Below, piece after piece: positions 39,961 through 53,700 of a DNA stretch of 64,000 bases. The DNA comes from Tubulanus polymorphus (Eukaryota; Animalia; Nemertea), in assembly GCF_964204645.1 (NCBI RefSeq), contig NC_134033.1:1508131-1572130 (forward strand), read 5' to 3'. Made by a program: the position numbers and the translations under genes. Position 1 is the stretch's first letter. Each line of letters starts with the position of its first letter. The notes beneath the pieces are model-generated. The model saw nothing but the letters and a program-made list of their open reading frames with translations, did not search any database and was not told where the DNA came from.

Positions 39961-42900
39961 TTTGATCTGACAGTTTCAAGTGGTTAATGGCTGTTTCAAG
40001 TGCTTAAACGATGCTTATTACTTCGTGGTACCGTGGTTTAAAAAAAAAGATTTCATAATAATATCGCTCACCGCGTGTTACGGTGTCAAACTAGAAAGGA
40101 TTCGCCATTGAAAATTCATAAATTGACCATCACTGACCACCACTGCCCTAGTGAAACTTCTCGAATATCGTGGTCGGATTCGAAAGTGCTTGTCGTCGTA
40201 TTGTTATTTCTAGAGAGATATTACGGGTTTGCATACATGTAAAATTATTATTTTCAAAATACTCAATTTTCCCCGCCGATTTTGAAGAAATTCTGTCATC
40301 TCCGCTCGACACATGATTTCACTTCGGTGCCTTTTAAGGGAGTGCCCCTTAAAGTTGAGTTCATGCTTAGTCAAACAAGGAGATATGCCTGATTTCTTTT
40401 TAAAATTTAAATTCGACATATATCATCAAATTACTAGAAAGGGACAGCAACTTTCGGTCATCCGCGAAAAGATACCTAAAATGCAGTCCTAGGGTTATGG
40501 AAAAACAGGACACGAAACATACAGAAAAACCCTTTGTTTGGTAGACTGAAATTATTGAACTCTTAAATAGCAACATTCACAGAAACAAAAACATAAGAAT
40601 ATATTCTCGCCCAGCCTAAAAACATAACGTAATGATATGAGGGCCACGGGTCATCTTTAATTGAAATCACATGATTTCAATTAAAGATGACACGTAGCCT
40701 CATATCAAATGACAGAGCCTATATATTCATTCTCTTACGAGGATGGGTCTCCACATTCATAGGATAGGAGAATTGTGGGTTCGAATGATGAATACAACTG
40801 ATAAAGCGCCAATTTCACTGATTCTTGTATATAAATGTTCAAAAGCGCTTTAGAGTAATCGAGTAAGCAGATATGTTTTTAGGAGTCTTTGGAATTTGAT
40901 TTCAAATCGGGTGTTCATGACGACTATAATTGAGCATTCTAGGGCTGGGGCAAGAAACGTGTGGGATCGTCCGCCAAGGTATCGCTAAGGAGATAATAAG
41001 GAGCCAGTCCGTGGTGGCTATTGAAAGCGACGACCGCATATGAATGCATTGATTGAATGACATCTCAAAAGTCAGATTATATAAAATCAAAAATGATACA
41101 TGGATAAGTTATTCCATATATACTGGTAAAAATGATGCCCAATATGTGATATAAATGTTCAATCAAATAATAGAAACTGAAACCATAATTCAGTATGGTA
41201 TTGTTACAACATCAAACACACAAATTCAATCCTTTGTTAAATTGGTAGCCAGTGTAGATGAGCAAGTATCGTGGTCCCTAATTTTAGCTATCGCAATAAT
41301 TCAAGCCACGCGATTTTGAACTGTTCAACAAGTTGGAGTTTGTGTAAAGATGAATGAGTTTGAAATAGAGTGGAATTCAGATATTACTGTTTGCATGTTT
41401 ATGTCTATTACCGGTACTCAATCTTTTTACTAATCATAGAAAATTGTGGTAAAATATTTGACTACGTTTTAGATTGTATCTCTCCACGCCAGAGGTAATC
41501 ACGGATATCGGACTACAAAAGCATTCCTTGTGTAAAGCTCAACTTTGTAAATTCCTGGAAAAGCTCGCCTCGGATATTTCAATAATGATTAAACATTAAT
41601 TTTCACAACGAAAAACCTAAACCTAAACCAATGTACGCTTGCTTCAAGTTTAACAATGCACTATCGTTGCTTTTTCTAGCTATTTGTACTGTTTGCCACA
41701 AAAAGATTGCATCCTCTATTACAGGAATTAAGGATACAACTCTGGGACCAGTTAGTTTAGATTAACCATTATACAATATGATACATGGCCAAATACACTG
41801 TTAATATGAACAAGATCCACTATGTACAGATTTCAAATTTCAAACCAAGTTTTATCATTAGAACATTACGACACAACGTTCAATTTCTCACTAGAGATCA
41901 TCTTTTTGAATTTGTTTGAACACAGTGAGTTTTCGTATCGTATTATCGTATTATCGATTCTCCGCATTTGAGTGTGACTATTTTACAAGTACAAAGTTAT
42001 TTTAGCAATGAAGTTTTAATTGTCATTATTAATGTTAACTATCCACTGGTAAACTTACTAACTTTTGGCAACTGACCTTAGATCGTGGAATAGTCTCAGG
42101 TGGCCTGCAGATCCACTCTTGATTTGTACTACTAAAGAAATAAACATTATAAGACTTAACAAGTATATTAAAGTACCATTTATCTTTATAACGCGATAAT
42201 TCGCGTACGTATGATTGAAAAACGATATTCTATCGAATCTCATGTTACGTACTTATGATTATTGTGTATAGAATCAATAATTAGCAACCTTCCACGGATA
42301 CGAAGCGGCCTAAGTTTACATCCTACCATAATTTTCCTCGAAACTCTCAGCATTATTTCAAGGGTCGGTCTTATATGAAGAAAATATATGAAGGACATGT
42401 TCACAGGGTTAGGCCAAAAATCTTCCCCGAAAACTTCAAATTTTTACAAGCAAATATAATATACTTCATGCTTTTCGTGCAGAAAAAATGCATGTTCACA
42501 AATTGTAAATTGTGTTTTCAAAGTAAACGATTGAGTGTGGAATTGTTTTGAATTCAGGGTTCTCCAATTAACTCTCCGGTATTTTACAATTGCTTCAATA
42601 AGACAAGTCACTATTGTTGTGATCAGATGGCCAATTGAATACTTCTTCATTATATTGAAAGATACGTTATACTTAATGCATCTTTTCTTAGGCCTTACAG
42701 CTTTCTCTATTGGTCAGCGTAAACTTATGGGTAATTTTGAGTGATCACTCAGAATTACCCATAAGTTTGAATTCTCGCTGAACTACTACATCCCTATAAC
42801 ACATTAATATATACTTCATATCAGGCGATTAACTTTGATCTGTGGTCAGTGGACAGCAGCTACGAAACTACTACATTATCATTCCTTCTATATTCATATA

Positions 42901-44654
42901 TATGATATGATATAATATCTTCTTTAATGTTCAGTTTGAACAAGTCTCGCATAATGGTACCGATAGGCACGTTCACGCGAGTGAAATGTGCACGTTACAG
43001 GCTCAAATGCGCACGTTACAATTACAAATCGAAACATTGTTCGTTCAAAACCCCACGAGATAAATCTTTTGCATTTAGTAGGAAATTCCAAAGTTAGCTC
43101 GCTACCTACAATAAAAATCTGACAAGACTTTTCAAGCGACAAATTTAAATATAAGAGCTAGTAGTTCTAACGAAGGGTTCAGGCAAAACCCCGTGTCATT
43201 TCTAAAAACATTTAACCAGTAATTAGAGAGAACTTGTGTAGCTTATACATGTAAAAGAGATGTTATATTTACGTTCAGGCCAAATGAAATCATTTGATAC
43301 CAGACACGACTAAGTTGTTTCTGAAACAGATAAATATAGCTATGTGGTCAGTATTGGTCAAGATTTGGTCAGTTGGAATAGTGTTGTTAGATGAAAGCCC
43401 ACACAATATCTAATTATTAGACACCAAACACGACTGCGTTGCTTCTAAAATAGACAAATTACTTAAAGTATTAGTCAGTATTGGTAGAAAATAGGTCAGT
43501 TAAATAGTTGTTAGATCATAGCCCGCGCCATATTTAGTCGCTCGACGCCCAAACACGATTTTATGGCTTTACTAAACATATAAATTACTTATGGGGGGTT
43601 ATGGTTAGCACTGATAACTGGTCAGTACTGGTCAAGTATTGGTCAGTTAAACAATTTTTAGATTAATGCCCACATCATTTCTAGTTATTTGACACCAAAC
43701 AACTTGATTGTTTGCAAAACAAATAATTTACTTTATATGGTACTGGTCATGCAGTGGTCAGTTAATAGACCATGGTCCGAGCCACATTTGATACCAAACA
43801 TGATTGGATTGTGTCGTTTCGAAAATTTATCTGGTGGGCAATTTGTGGTCAGCCCTGGTTCGTTAGGTTCTTATTTTGCGGGCATTTTATCTCGAACCAC
43901 CGAAAGACTGAATTACTAATTAATTCAACAGATCATTAATTGCTGAAAATGTCATGAAGATTATGTTTAACTAATAGTCCTTGTCTGAATAAAATGTCTC
44001 TAGTATGGGTGCTATGGAATCATGTCCTTAACTGTACACCGTACTGTATCTTTCCTGTATCTTTTTATTTTCACTACTACCGTAATTGACTATGATGTTT
44101 TCAAGTGGTCTTAAGTACCGCTAATAGCCGAAAGTCGTTGATTTATGTGAAATTTACATACAGCGCCACCCGTTGGTAGTAAAACTAACCCGAGCAATAC
44201 GGGTGTTAAAGAGATACGCTCTTCCATGTTCTCCCCCATGTTCTCCCCCATGGTCTCCCCCATGTTCTCCCCCATGGTCTCCCCCATGGTCCGCAGGCAC
44301 TAAAGAGAGTCTCTCCCTCAGGAGGTAGCTAGCAATTCACTCATTGTTACACAAGGAAAATCAATAGAATTATCCGAAACATTAAAAAGAAATTTATTCA
44401 AAAAGAACAAAATTATTACAATGACGATTGAAAATCGATTAATTTATTAAAATCGATTACAAGTATATAAAAACAATACATGTAAATGTTTTAGCCGAAA
44501 TATCAAGAGACTTCGTCTGGGACTTACATGAACATTTTTACTAATAAAACATGAGCTAACAAGAGTAATTAAAGCCGGGGATGAAATCTTAATCGCAATT
44601 ATTTCTAAATAAGGTTTCAAGTTATTTTTGAAAGTGTTTGGTTGGTATCGGTTC

Positions 44655-45396
44655 CAGGGGCGGATCTAGGCCCAAATTCAAGGGGTAGCACTCAATCAAG
44701 AGGGCACCAAGGTACGAAGCCACCAAGGGGTTTAGAATCAGTTAAAAATTTGAAGCCCAGCTATCAGAGCATCTGAGGCATCAAAATAGCAAAAATACCC
44801 TTGTCTGAATTTTAGGCAATAACAAACCACTCTTAGTATTTATTGCAATTTGAATGTGCCCCTTTTAGAATGTGATAGTTATTAGTCATTTTTTTGAGCC
44901 AACTATTTTTGAGGCCTTTTCTGAATTTTTATGAACGTGCCCTTTCGGCAATACAATGTGCCTTTAGAATTTTTTTTGGCAATTTGAACGTGCCGATAGT
45001 CACAGAGTTGTGCCCTGTCAGAGCACATCAGTACGGTAATATGATTGAACACATGCGCCCTCATTTTGGAGATTAATCGTGCCCATAACAGGATTTTTCA
45101 AACTATTTTTGGAGCACTTTTCTTAATTTTTTTGCAAATGAACGTGCCCTTTTTCGCAATATATGTGCCCTTCTTGACAATATAACGTGCCTTTTGGCAA
45201 TTGATTCAATGAAACGTGCCATTTTTGCAATATAAAGTGCCCTTTTCCGCAATAATTCAAATTCTAATTAATTTCATAGGTCCGGACGTCGGATTTTGCA
45301 GGCGCTGTATTTTCATGAGAATCTTTTTGAAAAGGGCACTTCACAAATTCAAGGGGTCGCACGTGCCGCAGGTGCGACCCCCTGTATCCGCCCCTG
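44655..45396. mobile_element. Non-autonomous DNA transposon (CAG..CTG termini, hAT-like) with apparent 5-bp TSD
   Basis: GGTTC|CAGGGGCGGATCTAGG ... CCTGTATCCGCCCCTG|GGTTC, with internal GTGCCC repeats. Confidence 0.8.
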
Positions 45397-47990
45397 GGTT
45401 CATAGCCTAGATAGTGCCGATGGCCGATACGCAGTCCGCGTTCAACGTTTCATCCGGCCCCTGGCAATCGAGGATGATGTGAGTTGTTTGGTCGTCGGGC
45501 GTCCGTAAAATCTTAAAAAAATCCGATACTGATATTAAAAGATCTACGATATAATCATTTCTATTTCTATCGATAGTCGAATTGATATTTCGATACATCA
45601 ATTGAAATTGATAATGATATATCATTTCGACGGTTCGGTTATAGAATCCGTATCCGAGTGCCGCCGATTCAAACACACCACGTGGTCCGGCATCCGATAG
45701 TATCCGTTCCGTTGATTGGATCCTATTGTTTCCGTCACGGTGATTGGCTCGCCCGTTGCGCGCATTATCATTCATGCTAAATCGAGCGATGTAAGTAAAC
45801 GTGTTGGTGATTTTTTTCGATTTAAATCTCTTTACATCCGTTAAATCGGATCGTTTTGCGGTAGATTTTACGGCCAATATCACAGAAGAGGTCGTTTGGA
45901 CGGCGTAGAAATAGTTTTTGACGATCATCTATTGATGTAAACTGATATTTCAGACGATGTTTTAACTCGATATTCCGTCGTCTGAAATGGCGCCACTTTC
46001 CGCACCCATCCCGCTCCTCAATCCTGATCGCCGCCGATATTCTTGAGGCCGATCTTTTTGAGATCTCAAATTTCTGCAGGAGAATATCATCACAGCAGCG
46101 ACTGGTTGAAAAAATGAGATGGTCGAACGAACGGCAGAAGAAAACTGAAGAAACAAAGCCCCGTCGGCGGCGATCCCTCTCCCTCCTACCTCTTCAGCCC
46201 GGTGGCCATTTTTTGTAAACTAGGCCTAAGTTTTTGAAGTGAAGTTTTGATTTTAGACCCGAGCTTTATTTATACGTAGCTAAGGGTAGCAAAATAAACA
46301 AAGCTTCCAGGTTGTGGTAGAGCTAGCTGAGTTCATTTTTGTCCAGTGTTAAGGGGTGTGAAATTAGTTCTAAAGATCAGAAATTATTTTGATAAGAATT
46401 ATTCTGAATTGAGAGCTGCATCTGAAAATCAGCATTCGATCTCGGTTTCATCTTTGGTTTACTTTGAGTTAAAATTAGTTCATTTCAATTTGCTTTAAAC
46501 CTGAACTCTAAATCTGAGTTCAAAATTGATTGTAGTTAAAACATTGAAAATGAACTCAGTTAGCTCTAACTTACAACTGTGGAACTGGGTCCAGAACTGT
46601 GAAACTGGATCCTGATAGCTGCCTATATGAAATATACGACCCTGGGTACATTTTCCCAAAACGAAATTAATCCTAAATCGATTCAATATGCACCCGTGTT
46701 GAAATAATTTTAAAGCGATTTTAGAGTAAGATTTTCTTCACGTAGGGCCTAGTCTAATTAGGTCCAGGGGTCAGTTTCACAAAAAATTTATTGCTGAGAT
46801 AAACTGAATTAAATGTAAATATTTCTAGAATCGATTTGAAAAACTTTCTTGCCAAGCTCATCTGCCAGCGGACAATTTAATCCGATAGACACTCATAATT
46901 CATAGTATCCACTAGATGGCGAACTAGTCAAACCCTGGCAAACCCTTAGTCAAACCCTGGCTGCTCAAAATGTAACGGCATGTCTTACAGTTGTTTGAAT
47001 ACAATACAACTCACTGAGACCTTAGATCACTATTAGCTGTGGATGATGTTGATACAAATCAACGAATACTAGGCAAAATATTATTATATTCTAGAATTAT
47101 CTATTCTCATAAAATACTGAGCCATGAAATAGATTTTGGTGTCAAATTTATGTCATGAAATTGCTTCCCCGATTTTAGTTGGCCCTGGTTTTACAAGATT
47201 TTTGTATCCATTAGTGTTGGTAAAGAATATTGTTTTTCGATTAATTTCTATTTCAACTAGATTTGGCCGCACATCAGGTGGCCTAGCTCAGTCAGTTTTG
47301 GTAGTACGTAACCTGTTATAAAGGTCTCAAATGAGATGGCACAGAGATAGGCGGCCAACCTAAAACTTTGATATTTAATCCATTTTACGTTGTATTGAAG
47401 ATCATTTGAGTTAAAGAAGATTTAGGTTATCCCTCAATGCAGTTTAAATGGAACCGATGCTTTTAGATCAGCTGCCCATCTGTGCTTACCCTTTTGACCC
47501 GTTTCTTTAATATCAGGTATATACTACCTAAACTTACTGAGGGGCAGTCGTTTTTTAATCCATTGCACACTGTATCAAATGATTACAAAAAAGCCTTAGC
47601 AACTGAAGTTTGCTATGTAGGCATGGAAATGAATTGTTAGAATTTAATGTTGGAATCATAGAGCCACTTTTGTTAGAATGTTAGAATCATAGAGCCACTT
47701 TTGTTAGAATGTTAGAATCATAGAGCCACTTTTCTTTATTTTAACTGTTTTCAATGAAGACTTTTTTGCAATCCTTAAATACAGTGTAGAATGGATCAGA
47801 AAACAATGTTTTTCGTCAACTGCCAGTCCTTTCTGGTCCTCATAAGACTTCTATCAGGTATATACCACTAAAACTGACTGAGCTAGGCCACCTGATGTGC
47901 AAGTCAAGTCGAAATAGAAAATAGCTGTACAAGAGAAACTGACTCTTGGACCCAATTAGACTTGGACCCACTTAGATGAAGAATATCTTA

Positions 47991-48212
47991 GGCTAAAAAA
48001 AATTGATACCTTGTTTTCTCCGCTCTGCTGAGCTTAAATGTTGACCCGGCCGGCCGCCTATCTACCCTATACATTACTTTTTTAAAAAATCGTGATCAAT
48101 TTTACCATAACAGACCCGGCCGCTATAGAAATGAACTGTTTATAAATTTTATCATATTTTACAAAAATGACCCGGCCGCTGCAGGGAAACAAGATATCAT
48201 TTTTGTTTAGCC
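47991..48212. mobile_element. PIF/Harbinger-like MITE
   Basis: TTA|GGCTAAA ... TTTAGCC|TTA (3-bp TSD). An empty-site paralogue AATATCTTACACTT lies at about 48327. Confidence 0.75.
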
Positions 48213-48492
48213 TTACACTTAGAATCGATTATAAAATTTCATCATTAACTAAAGTTTATCTCGCCAATAAAATTTTTGTGAAACTGACTGTTAGACCCAA
48301 TTAGACTAGGACCCACTTAGATAAAAAATATCTTACACTTAAAATCGATTTTAAATTTCTTCATTAATGCAGGTGAATTAAGTGAGTGTTGAATTGATTT
48401 ACAGGGTTTTATTTTTACGTTCATGAAACGGAATGGACCGATGTCTTCATAATTTTTGCATGACATCCGTTACTTTGTGACATTTCTCTTAA

Positions 48493-49390
48493 CCCTTTCA
48501 GTGCTGACTGATCAATAGCTTATAGTGCTGGAGATAATTTTAAAATTTTGAAAAATTCTGCCCTAGTTTGTTGAATAACGGGAATACCACTGTAGTGCGT
48601 CTAAACCGCGGCGCGGTGTATCATTAGCTACCGTATTTTCCGGCCAATAAGCCGAGGGCAGTTTTTTAGCCTAAAATACATGGATTTCATAAAGCTTCGC
48701 CCAATAAGCCGAGGCCCTTCATCAGAGATTTTAATTCACTGATTTGTCAATTAGTTCGTCTTAATTGACATTTAAGAGGCTGACAGTAGCGCCCGCCGAT
48801 GTGTGTGAGTGCTGTGTATACTATCATCGCGCCGAGTGACTGTGCTATATATAGACTCACTCAGCTGATTACTATACACACAGCCATACACGCAGTACGC
48901 GGCTCACTGCTGATTTGCATATGTACTAATGTATGAACTGACATGTGGTAGTAGATGAACTCGCGCATTATATAAATGTATACCATCGCCGCTGTGCGGT
49001 GATGGAACAATCAAAGTAAAAATAAAATAGTTCAAAATAGATTATAATTGGTAGTAAATAATGACCTCAAATAAATGTCGACCACTTTTCTTGATTTTGA
49101 TGATCATTGAGAGCATTAGAGTGGCATAGATCGGGAAGTGATTTTTTATGTCAGATCGTATCCGCCCAATAAGCCGATCACGATATTTTGGGTAAAAATC
49201 TGAGGCTAGAAAATCGGCTTATTGGCCGGAAAATACGGTACTAGTATTTCACTATGTTTGACAGGTGCTGTCATCTTTCAATAGAGATAAAAACTAATCA
49301 CTTGTTACATCAAGACACCACAGTGCGGTGAATTAGCAAAATCCATCACCGATTTATATACCACACTGTGCTGTAGACGCACTGAAGGGG
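48493..49390 (+). mobile_element. piggyBac-like MITE, copy 3, carrying a nested Tc1/pogo-like MITE
   Basis: TTAA|CCCTTTCAGTGC ... GCACTGAAGGGG|TTAA. Body matches 5757-6022 on both sides of the insert. Confidence 0.88.
48631..49238. mobile_element. Tc1/mariner (pogo/Tigger-like) non-autonomous element
   Basis: Perfect 25-bp TIR CCGTATTTTCCGGCCAATAAGCCGA, TA on both sides, and internal CCCAATAAGCCGA subterminal copies. Confidence 0.9.
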
Positions 49391-50477
49391 TTAAACTTTT
49401 GAACACACCTCAATTTGGTCTCGATACGACCAGAGTGAAAATGTGCAGTCTGAATAAACAGTTGTATTTACATCCACTTTACACCATATTGAAGAATTGC
49501 CAAAAAGTCTTCATTTTCTCATGTTGCAATTACAAAAGATCAGCCATTTTTGAAATTCTAACAAAATGTTTCTTGTGTTTCCATGCCTCTGAAATATGAT
49601 TTTTGATGATTTGAAAATAATTTAAAATGGTAGGCATGGAACGTATTGTTAAAATTTATTTAGTTCATAAAATGTAGTCTCTTTTCTCTGATTCAAATCA
49701 GTTAAAGACGATTTTTTGACAATCCTTTGAAAACAGTGTCAGATGGATATAGAAACGATGGTTTATCTGGACTATACAGTTTCACTGGTCCTGTTGAGAC
49801 CAAGTTGAGAAAAGTTTAAACACGAAAATAAAAAATTTAGTGTGTATTACTTTGGATAACTGATCTGGGATTTTTGGCACCCTACACAAATTTAATTTCT
49901 TCAACAAAAATTTCAAAAAGATTTCATTTAAAGCGGCTATCAGGATCCAGTTCCACCGTTCTGGACCCCCCAGTTCCACATTTCTTGATCAGTTTTTTAG
50001 ATTTAAAACATTCTGAAATAAACCAAATTTCAACTGGTAATGAAAAATGGTAGGGAATCGTTGGTGCCCTCAAAATGTCTTCAACAGAAAATATCTTTAG
50101 GGTCTTATTCATTGATTAGCCTTGCCGGTATCCCATTGCGTCCAAAACTGTTGAACTGCATGTATGGCCTGATGGTTTACTGAATGAAACCCTAAACAAA
50201 ATATTTTGTTGAAATTTTAAGGTGCGTTAAGCATTTCATTGAACTAATCAATACTCGAAAGTGCTGGAGATGTAAAGATTTAAAAAATTCCACCTCAGCA
50301 CTTAGATAAACAGGCATACTCATGGTTCCCACAGAACGCAGAAATTGGGAAAAACTTTGGAATTTTGAAATGATAATTCCTAGTTTGGAAATATTTCCAA
50401 AAATAAATTTCGGAAATTTTCATAAAATCAAGGAAATATTTGGGTAATTCATTTATATTTTGTGTATTTACCAAGTG

Positions 50478-50562
50478 CAACTTTCGTCAGCGAATTCCCT
50501 TGAGAATCATCTGTAACTGGTTGATACAGATGATTCTCAAGGGAATTCGCTGACGAAAGTTG
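50478..50562. other. Perfect inverted repeat (38-bp arms, 9-nt loop)
   Basis: CAACTTTCGTCAGCGAATTCCCTTGAGAATCATCTGTA-actggttga-TACAGATGATTCTCAAGGGAATTCGCTGACGAAAGTTG. Confidence 0.95.
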
Positions 50563-50740
50563 TTAATGTGTTGTCTCTGAAATTGTTTCTATTAAAACCC
50601 AAGGGCTACCCTCCATAGCACTGACTGATTACAGATCTGTCATCTGGCGGATTTGTTTACAATCGATATGCCAATTTTCAAATGATGATAAGTGTCGTCG
50701 CTCAAATGTTTATGATGTCTCTATTTTGTTTTCTAGAAAT

Positions 50741-53700
50741 ATGGCTCCAAAACGAAAGCAGATAGTAAGTATTCATTTTTTTTTGTTCCAATAATATGTC
50801 TGTATCTACATTGATACCTAGTATACTTACCTGAGTAGATGTGCACTACGTCATCGATATTTTTGAGATAGTGCGCACTATTTCATTGATATATCGGAGC
50901 TAGATTTAAATCCCCCGCCCCCACTCCCCCTGGTGTTGGCGTTCATACCAACCCATCAAAGATACCGTCCACTCCACCTCACTAACCATCCAGGATACAG
51001 ATGGAATAATGAATTAAATGTGGAATTGAACCCGGGACCGGTTATCATTTGATGTTACAATCAATATTCAAAACTGAAACATTTTCTGGGGCCGGTTCCA
51101 TAGTCAGGGCTTTGACTTAAGATCAGTCTAAGACCAACTTGGTTCTATAGCCAATCTAACAACTTAAGACCAGTCTTAAGATTTAAGACCACTTTCGGAC
51201 TTAAGTCTCGATTGACGTGCAACCACCCCCAGATGCTTATTTTTCAAATAATTCTAATGAATGTGAATGTTATTGTTCTTTTCTAACAGCCAGAAGTCCT
51301 GGAGGAAATTCCGCCGCCAGTAAGTTTAGATTTGATGATATCATTTTATGTAAACCTGTTTTGTTTAACCTGGTCCTCTGAAGCCGGTTAGACTGGTATT
51401 ATGTTTAACCCGTGCTCAGTTAACTGAATTCACTTTTAATCAAGTAAACCCAGATTTATTAAAGTAAACATTGGTCTCCATAAAACTGGCGCTTAGATTC
51501 ATTGATCATTTAATGAATGATTTTTATAGATATGAATGTTAATTCTCTTTTCTAGATAACAGTAGAAGCGGAAATTCATTTTGTAAGTTTTCTATTAATC
51601 TCCTCGGTGGAATATGATATCTACCATTTTCGCTGAGAGTCATTGAAACTTCATAACTCTTTAAGCAAGTTGTAACTGATTTCGTCTTCAGTTTGTGCGC
51701 GCGCTCACTTACACATACGCTTATATTTGCGCATATAGTTCATAATTATCATCAAACTCGTAGTAATAACGATAATAGTAATGATAATAATTACAATTGT
51801 CATTTTTAAAGTGCAAATATCCCGATAAAAGGAATTATCAAACTGATTTATCACGTGGTGTTTTTGGTTTTCTCTCATTGTAACAAGTTTACTCTGATGA
51901 AATCTTTTTCCAGATATTAAACCTGTCTGGTATTCGTTTTAATAATGATCTCTGTTAAATGTGTGCTACTCAATATGAAATAACAACGCAATTAATTACT
52001 ATTCTTTCATCGCGACAGTTTGCTGCTGCAGCGGCAGCAGCAGCAGCAGCAGCAGCAACGACAACAGAAGTTTGAATTTTTCTGTTTCATGGACTCTATC
52101 GTTTGAATCAAACTGTAAAACAAACGAATACAGAAATATCAAAGTTACAGAGATCAGAGTTTTAATGCAAGAAATTAATGAATTCTCTTTTCTTTTATTG
52201 CAACAGAACAGACCAACAGCGACGAATACAGTAAGTTTGAATTTTTCTGTTTAATGGACTTTATATTGTTTAAATAAAACCCTAAAACAAACGAATACAG
52301 AAATATCAGGGTTTTTCCAAATACAGATATAAAACTTGTCTCTTGTTTTAATTATAATATGATCTCCTGTGTTTAATGTTTGCTACTGAATATGAAATAA
52401 TGTAAGAAATTCATGAATTCTCTTCTTTTTTTATTGCGACAGAATTCAGCGACGACGACGACGACGACAAAAACGACAGCACCAGAAGTAAGTGAGAAGT
52501 TTTCTGTATCATGGAATTTCTAGTCGTGTTTATTTCTTTCTTACAGACGATGATTTGTTTGTGATTTTCATCGTATATTTCATACCGGGAACAAAGTCAT
52601 GAAAATAATCCTGCTTTCAATGAAATAAATTCCCGTCACTTAGAATTATTTTATAATCAAGTTTTTTTTATATAATATTAGCGCACACAGTAAAATCTGG
52701 AAGCATTTGCTCACGGATATATGTGCATATATTTTATGTATCTCTTTTATTGATGTATTTTTATTTACTGTATTTAACGTGTGAACGTGAAATAACAAAA
52801 CTAAAATGAATTCTCTTTTTTTCTTTCATGTCATCAGCGTAAACAAACAGCAGCAAAGGCAGTAAGTATTAATTCTTCTGTTACCTTGAAACAACCGATT
52901 CTTATGAGTTTTTCAACAGAATTATCATCAAAATTACAGAATTTAATCGGAGTTCGATTCCCTTCATAACTTATCGTTTTTGACCTGAATGTGAATGTTA
53001 TTGTTCTTTTCTAACAGCCAGAAGTCCTGGAGGAAATTCCGCCGCCAGTAAGTTTAGATTTTATGATATCATTTTATGTAAACCTGTTTTGTTTAACCTG
53101 GTCCTCTGAAGCCGGTTAGACTGGTATTATGTTTAACCCGTGCTCAGTTAACTGAATTCACTTTTAATCAAGTTAACCCAGATTTATTAAAGTAAACATT
53201 GGTCTCCATAAAACTGGCGCTTAGATTCATTGATCATTTAATGAATGATTTTTATAGATATGAATGTTAATTCTCTTTTCTAGATAACAGTAGAAGCGGA
53301 AATTCATTTTGTAAGTTTTCTATTAATCTCCTCGGTGGAATATGATATCTACCATTTTCGCTGAGAGTCATTGAAACTTCATAACTCTTTAAGCAAGTTG
53401 TAACTGATTTCGTCTTCAGTTTGTGCGCGCGCTCACTTACACATACGCTTATATTTGCGCATATAGTTCATAATTATCATCAAACTCGTAGTAATAACGA
53501 TAATAGTAATGATAATAATTACAATTGTCATTTTTAAAGTGCAAATATCCCGATAAAAGGAATTATCAAACTGATTTATCGCGTGGTGTTTTTGGTTTTC
53601 TCTCATTGTAACAAGTTTACTCTGATGAAATCTTTTTCCAGATATTAAACCTGTCTGGTATTCGTTTTAATCATGATCTCTGTTAAATGTGTGCTACTCA

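Noticed and set aside
45407-45928. 173-aa minus-strand ORF as a protein-coding gene
   Set aside because: No recognisable motif or splice context; kept only as part of a CpG-island observation.
52546-52565. Extra microexon after the TTCTTACAG acceptor-like site (ACG ATG ATT TGT TTG TGA)
   Set aside because: In-frame stop after five codons and no donor. Not counted, although use as an alternative terminal exon cannot be excluded.
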